From contig JBKAGP010000001.1 of NCBI GenBank assembly GCA_046290465.1, positions 3,488,001 to 3,552,000 of the forward strand: a DNA stretch of 64,000 nucleotides, in the 5' to 3' direction. The stretch is from Planctomycetota bacterium (GTDB lineage: Bacteria; Planctomycetota; UBA1135; UBA2386). How positions within the stretch are numbered: position 1 is the stretch's first letter; each line of letters begins with the position of its first letter. Made by a program: the position numbers and the translations under genes. Positions 20,437 through 30,705 of this stretch are shown in pieces. The notes beneath the pieces were generated by a model. The model searched no databases and was not told where the DNA came from. It saw only the letters and a program-made list of their open reading frames with translations.

Positions 20437-20708
20437 GGATTGCCTTTACAGAAAGGACGAGTGAGGCCCGAAGAGAACGGGCAGGTCCGGGCAATCCTAG
20501 TGAAGGCCGGGAACCACGCAAACCCCTGCGGAGCCATGCCCGGGACATCCTGCAGACATCGTTGCGGCAGACCTCAATGACGATGCGCACCAGCGTCGAT
20601 CGAGCGGCGCAGAGCATGTCCGAAGTGCAATGACGGCGCGCGGCGGGCACGCGGCGCGCGTCTCTCGAATGCGGTCGACAGCAGTCTGGAAAGACTACCC
20701 GATCGCTA

Positions 20709-21638
20709 TCACGCCTTGCTGATGAAGCCCTCGAGGTCGGTCTGCAGGTCCGACAGGCCGTAGTCCTGCACCGTGATGCAGCGGTAGACGATGCGCTCGA
20801 GCTCCTCGGGCGTCTTCGGGTTGAGCACGTTCGGCGGCGTGTAGCTGAAGAAGTAGCTGAGCGACAGACGCTGCGTCTCGCCGCCGCTCTGCCGGCCGGC
20901 GAACTCCCACGGCACCTCGTCGAACGGCAGCGTGCCGGTCAGGATCTCGTAGATCATGATGCCGATGGCCATCACGTCGGCCTTGCTGTCCGTCAGCAGC
21001 ATCGGGTTGTAGTGCGGCGTGGTCGTGACGACCGGCCGCTCCGGGATGCGCATCGCGGGATCGAGCAGCACGACCTTGCCGCTCGGCTTGACGATGACGT
21101 TCTCCGGCTTCAGGTCGCCGTGGTACTGCATCGCGCCGGAATCGCGCAGCGACGTCAGCGCCCGCACGATCGCGAGGAACCAGTTGAGGTGGATGCCCTC
21201 GAGGCTGCGGATCTTCTCGCGCAGCGTCTTGCCGCGCACGTAGTCGAGCACCAGCACCGGGTCGCCGTCGACCATCAGCCGATCCTGCACCCGCACCAGG
21301 TTGTCGTTCTCGCAGGCCGCCAGCAGGTCGCCCTCGGCGCGCAGCATGGCGTGCACCTCCTGTTCGTCGAACAGGTCGATGCGCACCCCGCGCGGCTCGA
21401 AGAACACCGCCTCGGCCGGCAGTTCGTCCGGGCTGATACCCTCCGCGGTGCGCCGCGACGTCACCTCCAGCAGTCTGGTGACCTGTCGGCCACCGCCGGA
21501 GATGCCGCCTACCTTGAGCGCCACCTTGCTGCCGGATTGCTCGTGTTGGGCGAGGTCGACGGAGGCGAAGCCTCCGCGCCCAAGGAAACGAGTGATCCGG
21601 TAGCCCTCTACGACCTCACCGACCGCAAGCTTCATCAT
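20709..21638 (-). CDS. Serine/threonine protein kinase (stand-alone, cytoplasmic)
   Basis: GRGGFASV, VALK, HGDLKPENV, ADVMAIG..IYEILTG..PF. Confidence 0.85.
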   Translation of the reverse strand: MMKLAVGEVVEGYRITRFLGRGGFASVDLAQHEQSGSKVALKVGGISGGGRQVTRLLEVTSRRTAEGISPDELPAEAVFFEPRGVRIDLFDEQEVHAMLRAEGDLLAACENDNLVRVQDRLMVDGDPVLVLDYVRGKTLREKIRSLEGIHLNWFLAIVRALTSLRDSGAMQYHGDLKPENVIVKPSGKVVLLDPAMRIPERPVVTTTPHYNPMLLTDSKADVMAIGIMIYEILTGTLPFDEVPWEFAGRQSGGETQRLSLSYFFSYTPPNVLNPKTPEELERIVYRCITVQDYGLSDLQTDLEGFISKA

Positions 21639-21771
21639 CCGCTGTGTGTCCCAGTTGCTATTGCGAGGAGCGCTTCCCCCCGCCGCTGAGTTTTCGGTAT
21701 CCCCTTACTCAGAGTTGAGTTAGGACTGAGACAACGGCGGCGGCGGCGGTGCCACCGGGACTTCGCGCCCG

Positions 21772-22281
21772 CTACCAGACGAAGCGGACCATCGGACTCT
21801 TGACGGTGCGGTCGTTCACCACAGCGAGCACGTGCGCGTGGTAGGTGGTTGTCGGCTTCAACGACAACCGGAGCTCGTCCGTCGGCTTCCACGGCGAACG
21901 TTCGATGCCATCGATGGTCGTGATCGGGCGGTAATCCTCGCCGAGCAGCACCAGCCGGAACGGCCCCTCGATCCCGGCCTCGGACCAGCGGAACGCGCCG
22001 AGCAGTTCGTCGAACTCGAGCGAGGAAATCGCCATCGCCGGACCGCGCGACTCAGGCCCTGGCCCGCTGGCGGCCGATACCGGAACATGCGGTGGCAACG
22101 GCCCCACCGGCATCAGAACCCCGACGCACGCAACCCCGATGCACCCCCATCCGAGCAACCTGGGCCACCGCGACTGTGGCCGCGCCGCGCGCACGCGGCG
22201 GGCTTCGGTGACGGCGCGTTCGGAGCGCTTGCGCCACGGCCGCTGCAGCAAGCGGCCGTCGGGACCGACCGTGCGGGGCAC
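21772..22281 (-). CDS. Hypothetical single-TM protein (start uncertain)
   Basis: Part of ORF 21772..22359; TM LLGWGCIGVACVGVLM followed by a beta-rich C-terminus. Confidence 0.45.
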   Translation of the reverse strand: MPRTVGPDGRLLQRPWRKRSERAVTEARRVRAARPQSRWPRLLGWGCIGVACVGVLMPVGPLPPHVPVSAASGPGPESRGPAMAISSLEFDELLGAFRWSEAGIEGPFRLVLLGEDYRPITTIDGIERSPWKPTDELRLSLKPTTTYHAHVLAVVNDRTVKSPMVRFVW

Positions 22282-22341
22282 GGCAGCGCCCGCCCACACG
22301 TATCGATGTGCCGCCCACAACGCCCACCTGGCCATGAACCC

Positions 22342-24129
22342 ATGATCGGAACCAACCACCTCTCGCCGCAGCGGTTTCTCGCAGCCGCGCTCCTGGTCAC
22401 CCTCGCCGGCTGCGGCGGTGGCGGCGGCGGCGGCGGCCCCAGCTCGGCCGCCCCGGTGATCGTCACCGCGTCGTTCTCAGGCGTCGGCGCCAACCCGGCC
22501 GCCGGCGACACGCTGGTGCTCGCCTTCTCGACCACGATCACGCTGGCTGCGGGCCAGCTGCTGACCGACGACGACCTGGTGCTGTCGACCGGCGACACGC
22601 TCGGCACGGTCACGGTCGCGCCGACGCTGCTCAGCTCCAACACCCTGTCGGTCACGCTCGGGGCCGGCGTCAGCTTCACGCCGGGTTCTTCGACGATCGC
22701 GCTCGGCGCGGGCAACGACGTGGTCGGTGGCACCGCCACGTCGCCGCAGGCCGGCGGCGACCCGATCACGATCGGGACCAGCGACGGCGTCTCGCCGACG
22801 GTCACCAACGTCACGGTCGCGATGATCGACGACGAACTGAACGGCACCGGCGCCGCCGGCGGCACGCTGCAGGTCCCGACCAACGGCTGGAACCTCGACC
22901 TCGCCTACTCCGACAACAGCGCGATCGCGACCACCCAGACCGTCATCACCGCCAACGTCGCGGTCAACACGTCGTCGGGCTCGCAGCTGGCCGGCACCAA
23001 CCTGCGGCCGTTCCTGACCGAGGTCAGCGCCGGCAACACCGCGGCGACCTACACGGTGCCGACGACGGTGCAGTTCCCGCAGACGACGGTGACCCTGACG
23101 GTGATCGTGTCCGACGTCAGCGGCCTGTCGTCGACGCCGACGACGTTCGCCGTCGCGGTGCGGCCGTTCAGCGCCGCGCTGCAGCCGTTTGAAACCGCGG
23201 TCAACGCCAGCCAGGTCTGGTTCCTCGACTTCTCGCGCGACCTCGAGTCCTACACGACCACCGCGGAGGCCGGCGGCTTCTCGGTCGACGTCGTCAACGG
23301 CGCCAACGGCACCAGCGACTTCGAAGACCTGTTGCGCGTCATCGGCCTGACCAGCGCCACGCCGATCGCCAACGTGCAGGGCGGCATGGACAGCAACGAG
23401 GTCGCGATCGACCGCTTCAAGACCAACCTGCTGGCCGACCTCGCCACCTACTACACCGGCGCCAACGTGACGTTCACGCTGACCCAGCCGGCCGGCAGCT
23501 TCGGCAGCAGCACCAGCGTCACCTACAGCTCGCTCGGCTACTCGGCGATCAGCATCGGCGGCGCCTCGACGTCGGCGGGCGTGCTCGGCCTGGCGATCTT
23601 CGATCCGTCGAACACGACCCAGAACAACAACACCGTCACCGACTTCGACAGCCAGCGGCTCGGCGTGTTCCTGCACACGATCGTCGACTCAGGCATGGGA
23701 CCGCCGTCGTCGAGCAACTTCCGCACGACCTTCGACGACTTCGCCACCGACCTCGGCGGCACGCCGATCGGCGACGACGCCCAGGACGGCAACCGCCTGC
23801 TGGGCACCGTCGGCGACTCGCGCGAGACCGCGATCGACGCCGCGCTCGCGGAGCTGGCGCGGTTCGTCGCCACCGTGACCGCGCACGAGTGCGGACACTC
23901 GGTCGGCCTGGTCGTCAACGGCGCGATGCCCGCCGGCCTCTACGGCAACGACGGCGTCAACTTCCCCGGCTCCGCCAACGGGCACATCCGCAATGCGAGC
24001 CTGTTCCCCGCCGGTTCGACCAACATCATGAGCCCGTCGCTGTCCTACACGACCGCGACCAGCTCCTCGACCGACTTCAACACCCTCAACCGGGCGTACC
24101 TGCAGGAGCAGGTCTTCTACGGCAACTGA
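22342..24129 (+). CDS. Lipoprotein with C-terminal zinc-metalloprotease-like (HExxH) domain
   Basis: Lipobox LAGC plus poly-Gly linker; Thr/Ser-rich beta domains; AHECGHSVGL and NIMSP (Met-turn-like). Confidence 0.75.
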   Translation: MIGTNHLSPQRFLAAALLVTLAGCGGGGGGGGPSSAAPVIVTASFSGVGANPAAGDTLVLAFSTTITLAAGQLLTDDDLVLSTGDTLGTVTVAPTLLSSNTLSVTLGAGVSFTPGSSTIALGAGNDVVGGTATSPQAGGDPITIGTSDGVSPTVTNVTVAMIDDELNGTGAAGGTLQVPTNGWNLDLAYSDNSAIATTQTVITANVAVNTSSGSQLAGTNLRPFLTEVSAGNTAATYTVPTTVQFPQTTVTLTVIVSDVSGLSSTPTTFAVAVRPFSAALQPFETAVNASQVWFLDFSRDLESYTTTAEAGGFSVDVVNGANGTSDFEDLLRVIGLTSATPIANVQGGMDSNEVAIDRFKTNLLADLATYYTGANVTFTLTQPAGSFGSSTSVTYSSLGYSAISIGGASTSAGVLGLAIFDPSNTTQNNNTVTDFDSQRLGVFLHTIVDSGMGPPSSSNFRTTFDDFATDLGGTPIGDDAQDGNRLLGTVGDSRETAIDAALAELARFVATVTAHECGHSVGLVVNGAMPAGLYGNDGVNFPGSANGHIRNASLFPAGSTNIMSPSLSYTTATSSSTDFNTLNRAYLQEQVFYGN

Positions 24130-24131
24130 TC

Positions 24132-25091
24132 ATGCGACTCCTCCCCGTCCTCTGTTCGGCTCTCGCGCTGGCGGCCACTGCCGCGGCCCAGAGCCTCCGC
24201 CGCGGGCTCGTCGACGCGGACGCCGTGTTCGTCGGCCGCCAGGTCGGCAAGAAGCCGCACGGCGACTCGCTCACGCTGCACCGGGTGCAGATCGTCGAGA
24301 ACGTGCGCGGCGTCGACGGCCACCGCGCCGTCACCGTCATCGACTGGCCCAAGCTGTCGCTGCACAACCGCCCGACGCCGCGCCAGTCGCGGCTGTTCTG
24401 CCTGCAGGACGCGTCGGCGATCGCCGAGCGCCTCGCGCTCCCGGCCAGCGGCGCGCCCTACTACAAGATGGTCGGTTGGTCCGGCAGCCACCCGCTGATC
24501 GGCGCCGACCGGGACCAGGATCCGATCGTGAGGTTCGCGCGCACGCTCGCCGACGGCGAGAAGGGCACCGCACCGGACGTCACCGCCGCAGCGCTGGTGA
24601 CGATGGCGATCAGCGGTGACGCCAGCGTGCGCACCGAAGTGACCCGCTACCTGACCGAACGTGGCGACCTGCGCGGCAAGCTGTCCGCCGTGCACTGGAA
24701 CCAGCTGATGGCGCGCGCCACCGGCGAGGTCGAGGACGTCGACTACAAGATCGCGCTGGCCACGCTCTGCGGGGAGCAGCGGCTCGAAGGCCTCGTCGAG
24801 GCGCTGGCCGTGTCGCTCGGGCCGGTCACCGACCCGCGCTATGCCCGCTGCGTCGGCCGCATCAGCGAGGTGCTGCACGGCGAACGGGCGACCGAGGTAC
24901 TCGGCCGACGGCTGCGCAACCTCGGCAAGCAGCAGGACCGCAAGATGGTGCTGATGGCGATCGGCGCCACCAACACGCAGTCGGCGCTCGACGCGCTGAT
25001 GAAGATGGACAAGAAGGACGCGGCCGTGGTCGCCGCGCTGCGCGAGCACCGTTCGAAGAAGGCGCGGGACGCTGCCGGCAGGCGCCGGTAG
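24132..25091 (+). CDS. Secreted protein with HEAT-like helical C-terminus
   Basis: Signal peptide MRLLPVLCSALALAATAAA-Q; starts 2 nt after the upstream stop. Confidence 0.7.
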   Translation: MRLLPVLCSALALAATAAAQSLRRGLVDADAVFVGRQVGKKPHGDSLTLHRVQIVENVRGVDGHRAVTVIDWPKLSLHNRPTPRQSRLFCLQDASAIAERLALPASGAPYYKMVGWSGSHPLIGADRDQDPIVRFARTLADGEKGTAPDVTAAALVTMAISGDASVRTEVTRYLTERGDLRGKLSAVHWNQLMARATGEVEDVDYKIALATLCGEQRLEGLVEALAVSLGPVTDPRYARCVGRISEVLHGERATEVLGRRLRNLGKQQDRKMVLMAIGATNTQSALDALMKMDKKDAAVVAALREHRSKKARDAAGRRR

Positions 25092-25099
25092 CGCTGCCG

Positions 25100-25516
25100 C
25101 TACGACGCGACGCGCCCGCCGTGGTCGGCGATCTGCTCGCGGGTCGTCAGGTCGAGCGCCTGCTCGGTGACGAAGACCCGCAGCGAACCGAGCAGCAGCG
25201 CACCCTGGATCGCGACCACGGTCAGCACGAACGCGACGATCGAGAAGCCGAGCAGGTGCTCGTCGGTCGCCAGCTGCAGCTCGCGGTACCACTCGATCGG
25301 CACCTCGGCGCCGGTGACCTCGCGCGCCGACGGCGGCCGCACCTGAGCGGTGACGACCAGGGTGGCGGCCATCGGCACCAGCAGGGCCCCGAAGACCAGC
25401 AGGGTGCGGCGCAGCAACGCGATCCGCAGCGTCAGCGTGTGGGCGCGGAAGGCCGCGCCGATCGAGAACAGGCCGAAGACGCCGACGAAGATCGCGATCA
25501 GGCTGGTGAAGGTCAT
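25100..25516 (-). CDS. Small membrane protein (three TM)
   Basis: Three hydrophobic segments; typical codon usage. Confidence 0.65.
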   Translation of the reverse strand: MTFTSLIAIFVGVFGLFSIGAAFRAHTLTLRIALLRRTLLVFGALLVPMAATLVVTAQVRPPSAREVTGAEVPIEWYRELQLATDEHLLGFSIVAFVLTVVAIQGALLLGSLRVFVTEQALDLTTREQIADHGGRVAS

Positions 25517-25664
25517 GGGCGGAACAGTCGGACGGAGCCGGGCGCCCGCTATTCCAGCGAACCCAAGTCGTTGTTTCGCAACGACTCACAACGCCCTAGG
25601 CTTCGTCGGCACCAGCGCCCCGCCGCGTCGTAGCACGCGGCGCTCCGGCCCGAGCAGCTCTCCC

Positions 25665-27122
25665 ATGTCGCACCGCCGCATCCTGTGCGCCGCGCTCGCC
25701 GCGGCGTTTCCCGCCCTCGCCGTCTCCCAGTGTCCGCTCGCGTGGCAGCCGTTCGTCGGCGGCGGCGCCGACGCGCGCGTGCGCTGCCTGCTCGACTCGC
25801 CGTTCGGCCTGGTCGCGGGCGGCGACTTCCTGACCCTGGGCGGCACGGCGTGCAGCCACCTTGGGACCTTCGAAGGCGCCACCTGGCAGCCGCTCGGCGG
25901 CGGCACCGACGCAACCGTGCGCGACCTGGTGCTCGCGCCCAACGGCGACCTGGTCGTCGGCGGCTCGTTCACGACCGCGGGCGGGCAACTGGTGGACCAC
26001 GTCGCCCGCTGGAACGGCGCCGGCTGGAGCGCGCTCGGTGGCGGGGTCGACGGCGCGGTCTGGTGCGTCGCGGTGCGAGCCAACGGCAACGTCATCGTCG
26101 GCGGCAACTTCGCAACCGCGGGCGGCGCGCCGGCCAGCAGCATCGCCGAGTTCGACGGCAGCAGCTGGCAGGCCTACGGCGGCGGCGTCAACTCGACCGT
26201 GCGCACGCTGCACGTCGCCACCAATGGCGACGTGTTCGTCGGCGGTGGCTTCGACCAGGTCGACGGCCAGGCGATCAGCCGGCTGGCGCGCTGGAACGGC
26301 AGTTCGTGGTCCCAGGTCGGCAGCGGCACCAACGGGCCGGTCTACGCGCTGGTGCCGGCAGCGAACGGCGACCTGCTGGTCGCGGGCAACTTCACGGCGC
26401 TCGGCAGCACGCCGACCCAGAACCTCGCGCGATGGAACGGCACCGCGTTGCTGCCGTTCGCGACCGGCCCGGACGGACCGGTGGAGACCGTGGCCGTGCT
26501 GCCCGACGGCGACCTCGCCGTCGGTGGCAGCTTCTCGACCGCCGGCGGCGTGCCGACCAACAACACAGCCCGGCTCGACGGCGCCACCTGGACCGCGCTC
26601 GACGGCGGCGTCGACAACCGCATCGACGACCTGCTGTTCACCGCCGGGGAACTGCACGCGTGCGGCGCGTTCACGTCGACCAGCAGCGCGCCGAGCGCGT
26701 TCGTCGCGACCCTGCGCACCCCGTGCCCGGCCGGCGTGATGCCGTTCGGCGCGGCCTGCGGCGGCACCTCGCTGCAAGCCAGCACCGCGCCGTGGACCGG
26801 CGCCGGCTACACCGTGCGCGGCCTCGGCTTCGCCGGCACCGCGCTGGTCGTCGCCGTCACCGGCCTGTCGCCCGCCAGCCTGCCGCTGCCGGCGCTGCTG
26901 CCGCAGTCGCTGCCCGGCTGCCAGCTGTCCGCCACCCCCGACGTGCTCGACCTGCTGGCCCCCACGTCCGGCGAAGCGAGCTACACGTTCGTGCTGCCCA
27001 ACGACCCGACGATCGCCGGCCAGACCTTCGTCCAGCAGCTGGTCGCCTTCGACCTCTCACCCGCAACCATCACCTCGATCACCAGCACCAACGCCCTCCA
27101 GGCCACCATCGGCACGTTCTGA
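25665..27122 (+). CDS. Secreted beta-propeller repeat protein with shared C-terminal domain
   Basis: Signal peptide ...ALAVS-Q; about six repeats of 'ngdlvvGGsFttAGG...ARWNG..W..lGgG'. Confidence 0.85.
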   Translation: MSHRRILCAALAAAFPALAVSQCPLAWQPFVGGGADARVRCLLDSPFGLVAGGDFLTLGGTACSHLGTFEGATWQPLGGGTDATVRDLVLAPNGDLVVGGSFTTAGGQLVDHVARWNGAGWSALGGGVDGAVWCVAVRANGNVIVGGNFATAGGAPASSIAEFDGSSWQAYGGGVNSTVRTLHVATNGDVFVGGGFDQVDGQAISRLARWNGSSWSQVGSGTNGPVYALVPAANGDLLVAGNFTALGSTPTQNLARWNGTALLPFATGPDGPVETVAVLPDGDLAVGGSFSTAGGVPTNNTARLDGATWTALDGGVDNRIDDLLFTAGELHACGAFTSTSSAPSAFVATLRTPCPAGVMPFGAACGGTSLQASTAPWTGAGYTVRGLGFAGTALVVAVTGLSPASLPLPALLPQSLPGCQLSATPDVLDLLAPTSGEASYTFVLPNDPTIAGQTFVQQLVAFDLSPATITSITSTNALQATIGTF

Positions 27123-27215
27123 AAGTAGCGGTACGGTACGCGGTTCATCCTCCAACGTTCGCGGCGGCTGCGCCGCGAACGTTGGAGGATGAACCGCGTA
27201 ACGTACCGCTACTTT
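27122..27215. repeat. Long inverted repeat between convergent genes (45-bp arms, one mismatch, 4-nt loop)
   Basis: Arms 27122-27166 and 27171-27215; core GGTTCATCCT/AGGATGAACC. Confidence 0.9.
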
Positions 27216-28318
27216 GCGGCGAGGCGGCGGAGGACCTTCAGGGCATGTTGGCGTTCCTGGAGGTGGTCGCGAACCTGCAGGTCGGGCACCACGCGCGGCA
27301 TGCGGGTGCCGTTGCCGTGCCAGCGTTTGCCGAGCTGGTCCTCGTTGGGGTTGGTCAGGTAGGCCGCGCCCGCCGCGCCGAGGGTCCACTCGACCATCGG
27401 CAGCGGACTCGCGCCGGCGAACAGCTGCAGCCGTGGCGCCAGTGGCCCGCCGAGGTCGAGTTCGAGCTCGAAGCCGCCCTCGAGCAGCCACCGCAGGCGG
27501 TCGTGCTCGGCGCGACGCAGCGACGCCCCCGCCGGGAAGATCACGTCGCCGCGATCGGCGACGGCGGTCACCGCCGCGACCGCACGGCGCACGTTCTTCT
27601 GGGTCTCGCGGTGCTGGCGCGGCATGCGCGCGAGCGACCGGCGCAGCGGATCGGTCAGCACCACCAGCCGCTCCTCGGGCGTGTCGTCGCGGCGTTCCTT
27701 CGCCACCAGGACACGATCGAGCACGACCATCGCGCCGAGCGCCATCGGCCGATACAGGTCGCCGCCGTCCCCGCAGCACGCCAGCCGCACGCCGGCCCAC
27801 TCGCGGGCGCGCCCGTGGCCCTTCGCCGCGGTGCCGCGCTGCCACGGCTGCAGCGCGCGATCCCCGTGCACCACCCACACGTCGCGCACGCGGTTCTTGC
27901 GGCTCTGGGCCAGCGACACCTGCACGCGGCTGCCGTCCGCGAGCAGCAGTTCGAGGCCCGCCGCGAACGGGCCCGCCGCCTCGCCGCTGCGCAGGTGCAG
28001 CGCGCCGTCGGGTGCGACCAGCAGCTGGCGGCCCGACGGAAACGTCAGCTTCACGCCCACCGCGCGGCAGGCCACGTGCACACCGCCCGGGGTCACGCAG
28101 CCATCGGTGTCGTGGAAGCGCAGCCGACGCTCGCGCCGCGCGACGCCGCCGTCGCCGAGGCCGAAGTCGGCCACCGGCACGGATCCGGCCGCGCCGGACA
28201 AGACGACCTCTGGCAGCTGCTTCTGGAGCGGCCGCAGCGGCGTGCGTTCTTGCTGCGCGAGCAGCGCGCTGACGAGCGGAGCACAGAGCAACAGCCGGAC
28301 GATCGAAGGGCCCATCAC
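27209..28318 (-). CDS. Secreted hypothetical protein
   Basis: Signal peptide ...APLVSALLA-Q; 369 aa ORF. Confidence 0.6.
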   Translation of the reverse strand: MMGPSIVRLLLCAPLVSALLAQQERTPLRPLQKQLPEVVLSGAAGSVPVADFGLGDGGVARRERRLRFHDTDGCVTPGGVHVACRAVGVKLTFPSGRQLLVAPDGALHLRSGEAAGPFAAGLELLLADGSRVQVSLAQSRKNRVRDVWVVHGDRALQPWQRGTAAKGHGRAREWAGVRLACCGDGGDLYRPMALGAMVVLDRVLVAKERRDDTPEERLVVLTDPLRRSLARMPRQHRETQKNVRRAVAAVTAVADRGDVIFPAGASLRRAEHDRLRWLLEGGFELELDLGGPLAPRLQLFAGASPLPMVEWTLGAAGAAYLTNPNEDQLGKRWHGNGTRMPRVVPDLQVRDHLQERQHALKVLRRLAAK

Positions 28319-28381
28319 AGCGGACCTATCGGCACGCGGCGCGGCGCAGCCGTAGCCGCGGCCACGACGTTCGCGCCGCGA

Positions 28382-29620
28382 TCAGGCGTCCGGCAGCGCG
28401 ACCCCGAGCTCGGTCGCGATCGCCGCCAGGAACGCGCCGACGTCGGTCACGATGCCCTGGCTCTGGGCCGAACCGCGGTCGCTCAGCTTGCTGACGACCG
28501 CCGGGTGGATGTCGACGCAGACCGTCAACACGTCGGCCGGGATCATGTTGCCGGTGCCGATGCCGTGCAGCATCGAACTCAGGATCACGACCATGCCGGC
28601 GTCCTGCAGGATCTCCGCATAGCCCGCCTGCGCCGCGATCAAGTCCATCTCGGTGTCCGGCAGCGGCCCGTCGTCGCGGATCGAACCAGCGAGGCAGAAC
28701 GGCACCTTCGCCTGCACCGCCGCGTACATGACGCCGGTGGTCAGCGTGCCCTGCGCGACCGCGTTGGGGATGTTGCCCGCGCGGCGCACCGCGTTGATCG
28801 CGCGCATGTGGTGCATGTGGCCGTGCACCGCCGGACGACCCGTGGCCAGCTCGACGCCGAGGCTGGTGCCGTAGAGCGCCACCTCGACGTCGTGCACCGC
28901 GAGCGCGTTGCCGCTCAACAGGCCGTCGACCAGACCCGCGGACAGGATCGCGGCCAGCGTCGGCGCCGCGCCGACGTGCACGACCACCGGCCCGGCGACC
29001 AGCACCACCTTGCGGCCGGCAGCGCGAACGTTCCGCCAGGCCTCGGCGACCTCCTGGACCTGCGCGGCCAGCCGACGTTCGGAGCTGACGCCGCCCTGCA
29101 TGAACCCGAACTTGCCCTGCTGCCGCTTGCGCGTCGTGTGCGCCGTGATGCGGATGCCGGCGAAGCCCACCACGCAGCGGGTGCCCTTCTGCAGGTCGCG
29201 CAGCTTGATGCAGGTCGGCACGCCGTCGCCGGTGTCGGCGACCACCGCGTCCATGCGCTGCTTGTGCACCTGCACCCAGCGACCGTCGATGCGGACCTCG
29301 GTGACCAGGTTGGTGGTCGAGTAGAAGCCGTCGGGCGCGGTGCCGTCGATGTCGACGACCTCCCAGACGGCGTCCTCGGTCTCGAGTTCGCTGAGCCCCA
29401 GCGACATCAGGTCCGCCTGCAGCCGTTCGAAGGCCTGCTCGTCCGGGGCCGTCACCTGCATCTCGAGCTCGCTGTCGTCGGTGCGCAGCCGGCCGATCTC
29501 GAGCCTGGTGATCTCGTAGCTCGCGTCCGCCGCGTGCACCGCCTCCATGGCGTCCGACAGCAGGCCGCTGTCGATCAGGTGGCCGCGCGCATGGAACTTC
29601 GCAACGATGGGCTTGCTCAC
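28382..29620 (-). CDS. TIGR00300 family protein (ornithine cyclodeaminase-like, ArgZ/AgrE C-terminal-type domain)
   Basis: GHLIDSG, PDGFYSTTN, RMD, F.FM.GGVSSER, GNALAVHD, LAGSIRDDGPLPDT, KLSDRGS; GTG start. Confidence 0.88.
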   Translation of the reverse strand: MSKPIVAKFHARGHLIDSGLLSDAMEAVHAADASYEITRLEIGRLRTDDSELEMQVTAPDEQAFERLQADLMSLGLSELETEDAVWEVVDIDGTAPDGFYSTTNLVTEVRIDGRWVQVHKQRMDAVVADTGDGVPTCIKLRDLQKGTRCVVGFAGIRITAHTTRKRQQGKFGFMQGGVSSERRLAAQVQEVAEAWRNVRAAGRKVVLVAGPVVVHVGAAPTLAAILSAGLVDGLLSGNALAVHDVEVALYGTSLGVELATGRPAVHGHMHHMRAINAVRRAGNIPNAVAQGTLTTGVMYAAVQAKVPFCLAGSIRDDGPLPDTEMDLIAAQAGYAEILQDAGMVVILSSMLHGIGTGNMIPADVLTVCVDIHPAVVSKLSDRGSAQSQGIVTDVGAFLAAIATELGVALPDA

Positions 29621-29753
29621 CGCCGGAACGTAGCCGCGGAATGTCCGCCAGACCAGCGAACCAGGACCGCCCCCCGCCCGTTGCTGGGGTGCCCCTTCTG
29701 CCCTTCTCCCCGCGCGTGGTGCTAGCATGCCGACTGCGTACCGAACCCAGCGA

Positions 29754-30665
29754 ATGACCCCTCTCGCGCAAAAACTCATCGAGGCCGTCGGCCAGACCGT
29801 GCACGGCAAGGAAGACGCCATCGAACTGGCCGTCATCACCTTGTTCGCGGGCGGACACCTGCTGGTCGAGGACCTTCCCGGCGTCGGCAAGACGCTGCTC
29901 GCGCGCACCCTGGCGCAGTCGCTCGACCTGCCGTTCCAGCGCGTGCAGTGCACGTCGGACCTGCTGCCGTCGGACCTGATCGGCGCGCAGATCTACCACC
30001 CACGAACGGGCGAGCTGACGTTCCGCCAGGGACCGGTGTTCACGTCGGTGCTGATGGCCGACGAGCTCAACCGCACGCCGCCGCGCACGCAGTCGGCGCT
30101 GCTCGAGTGCATGGCCGAGCGCCGCGTGACCGTCGACCGCGAGACCCACTCGCTGCCCGATCCGTTCTTCGTGGTCGCGACGCAGAACCCGCTGACCGCC
30201 GCCGGCACCTACATGCTGCCGGACAACCAGCTCGACCGGTTCCTGCTGCGCATCGAGATCGGCCACCTCGACCCCGAGTTCGAGATCGACGTGGTCAGCC
30301 GCGAGGACGGCCACCGGCTGGCCGACGACGTGCGGCCGGTCGCCTCGCGCGACGACCTGTTTGCCGCGCGCGCGGCGATCGACGAGGTGCGCTGCGACCG
30401 CGAGCTGGTCGCGTTCGTCGTCGAACTCGCCAACCGCACGCGCACGTCCCCGGACGTGATCCAGGGCGTCAGCACGCGCGGCGCGCAGGCGCTGCACCGC
30501 GCCTGCCGCTCGCGCGCCTACGTGCACGGTCGCGACTTCGTCGTGCCGGACGACGTGCGCGCGCTGCTGGTGCCGTCGTGGGCCCACCGCCTGGCACCGC
30601 GCACCGGCGCCAACGCCGATGCGGTGCTGCACGAGATCCTGGCCGAGACGCCGCTGCCGGACTAG
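29754..30665 (+). CDS. MoxR family AAA+ ATPase
   Basis: GHLLVEDLPGVGKT, ADELNRTPPRTQSALLE, ATQNP, LDRF; alternative start at 29727. Confidence 0.93.
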   Translation: MTPLAQKLIEAVGQTVHGKEDAIELAVITLFAGGHLLVEDLPGVGKTLLARTLAQSLDLPFQRVQCTSDLLPSDLIGAQIYHPRTGELTFRQGPVFTSVLMADELNRTPPRTQSALLECMAERRVTVDRETHSLPDPFFVVATQNPLTAAGTYMLPDNQLDRFLLRIEIGHLDPEFEIDVVSREDGHRLADDVRPVASRDDLFAARAAIDEVRCDRELVAFVVELANRTRTSPDVIQGVSTRGAQALHRACRSRAYVHGRDFVVPDDVRALLVPSWAHRLAPRTGANADAVLHEILAETPLPD

Positions 30666-30705
30666 CCCGACGGCCCCGGCATCCCCGACCCGACGCAACT
30701 CCCAG

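Noticed and set aside
22411..22440. (GGC)n run as a phase-variable repeat
   Set aside because: In-frame poly-Gly linker after the lipoprotein Cys
27122..27215. Integron attC site or canonical intrinsic terminator (also considered for 56516-56598)
   Set aside because: No terminal RYYYAAC/GTTRRRY boxes, no integrase, convergent flanking genes, and no substantial U-tract
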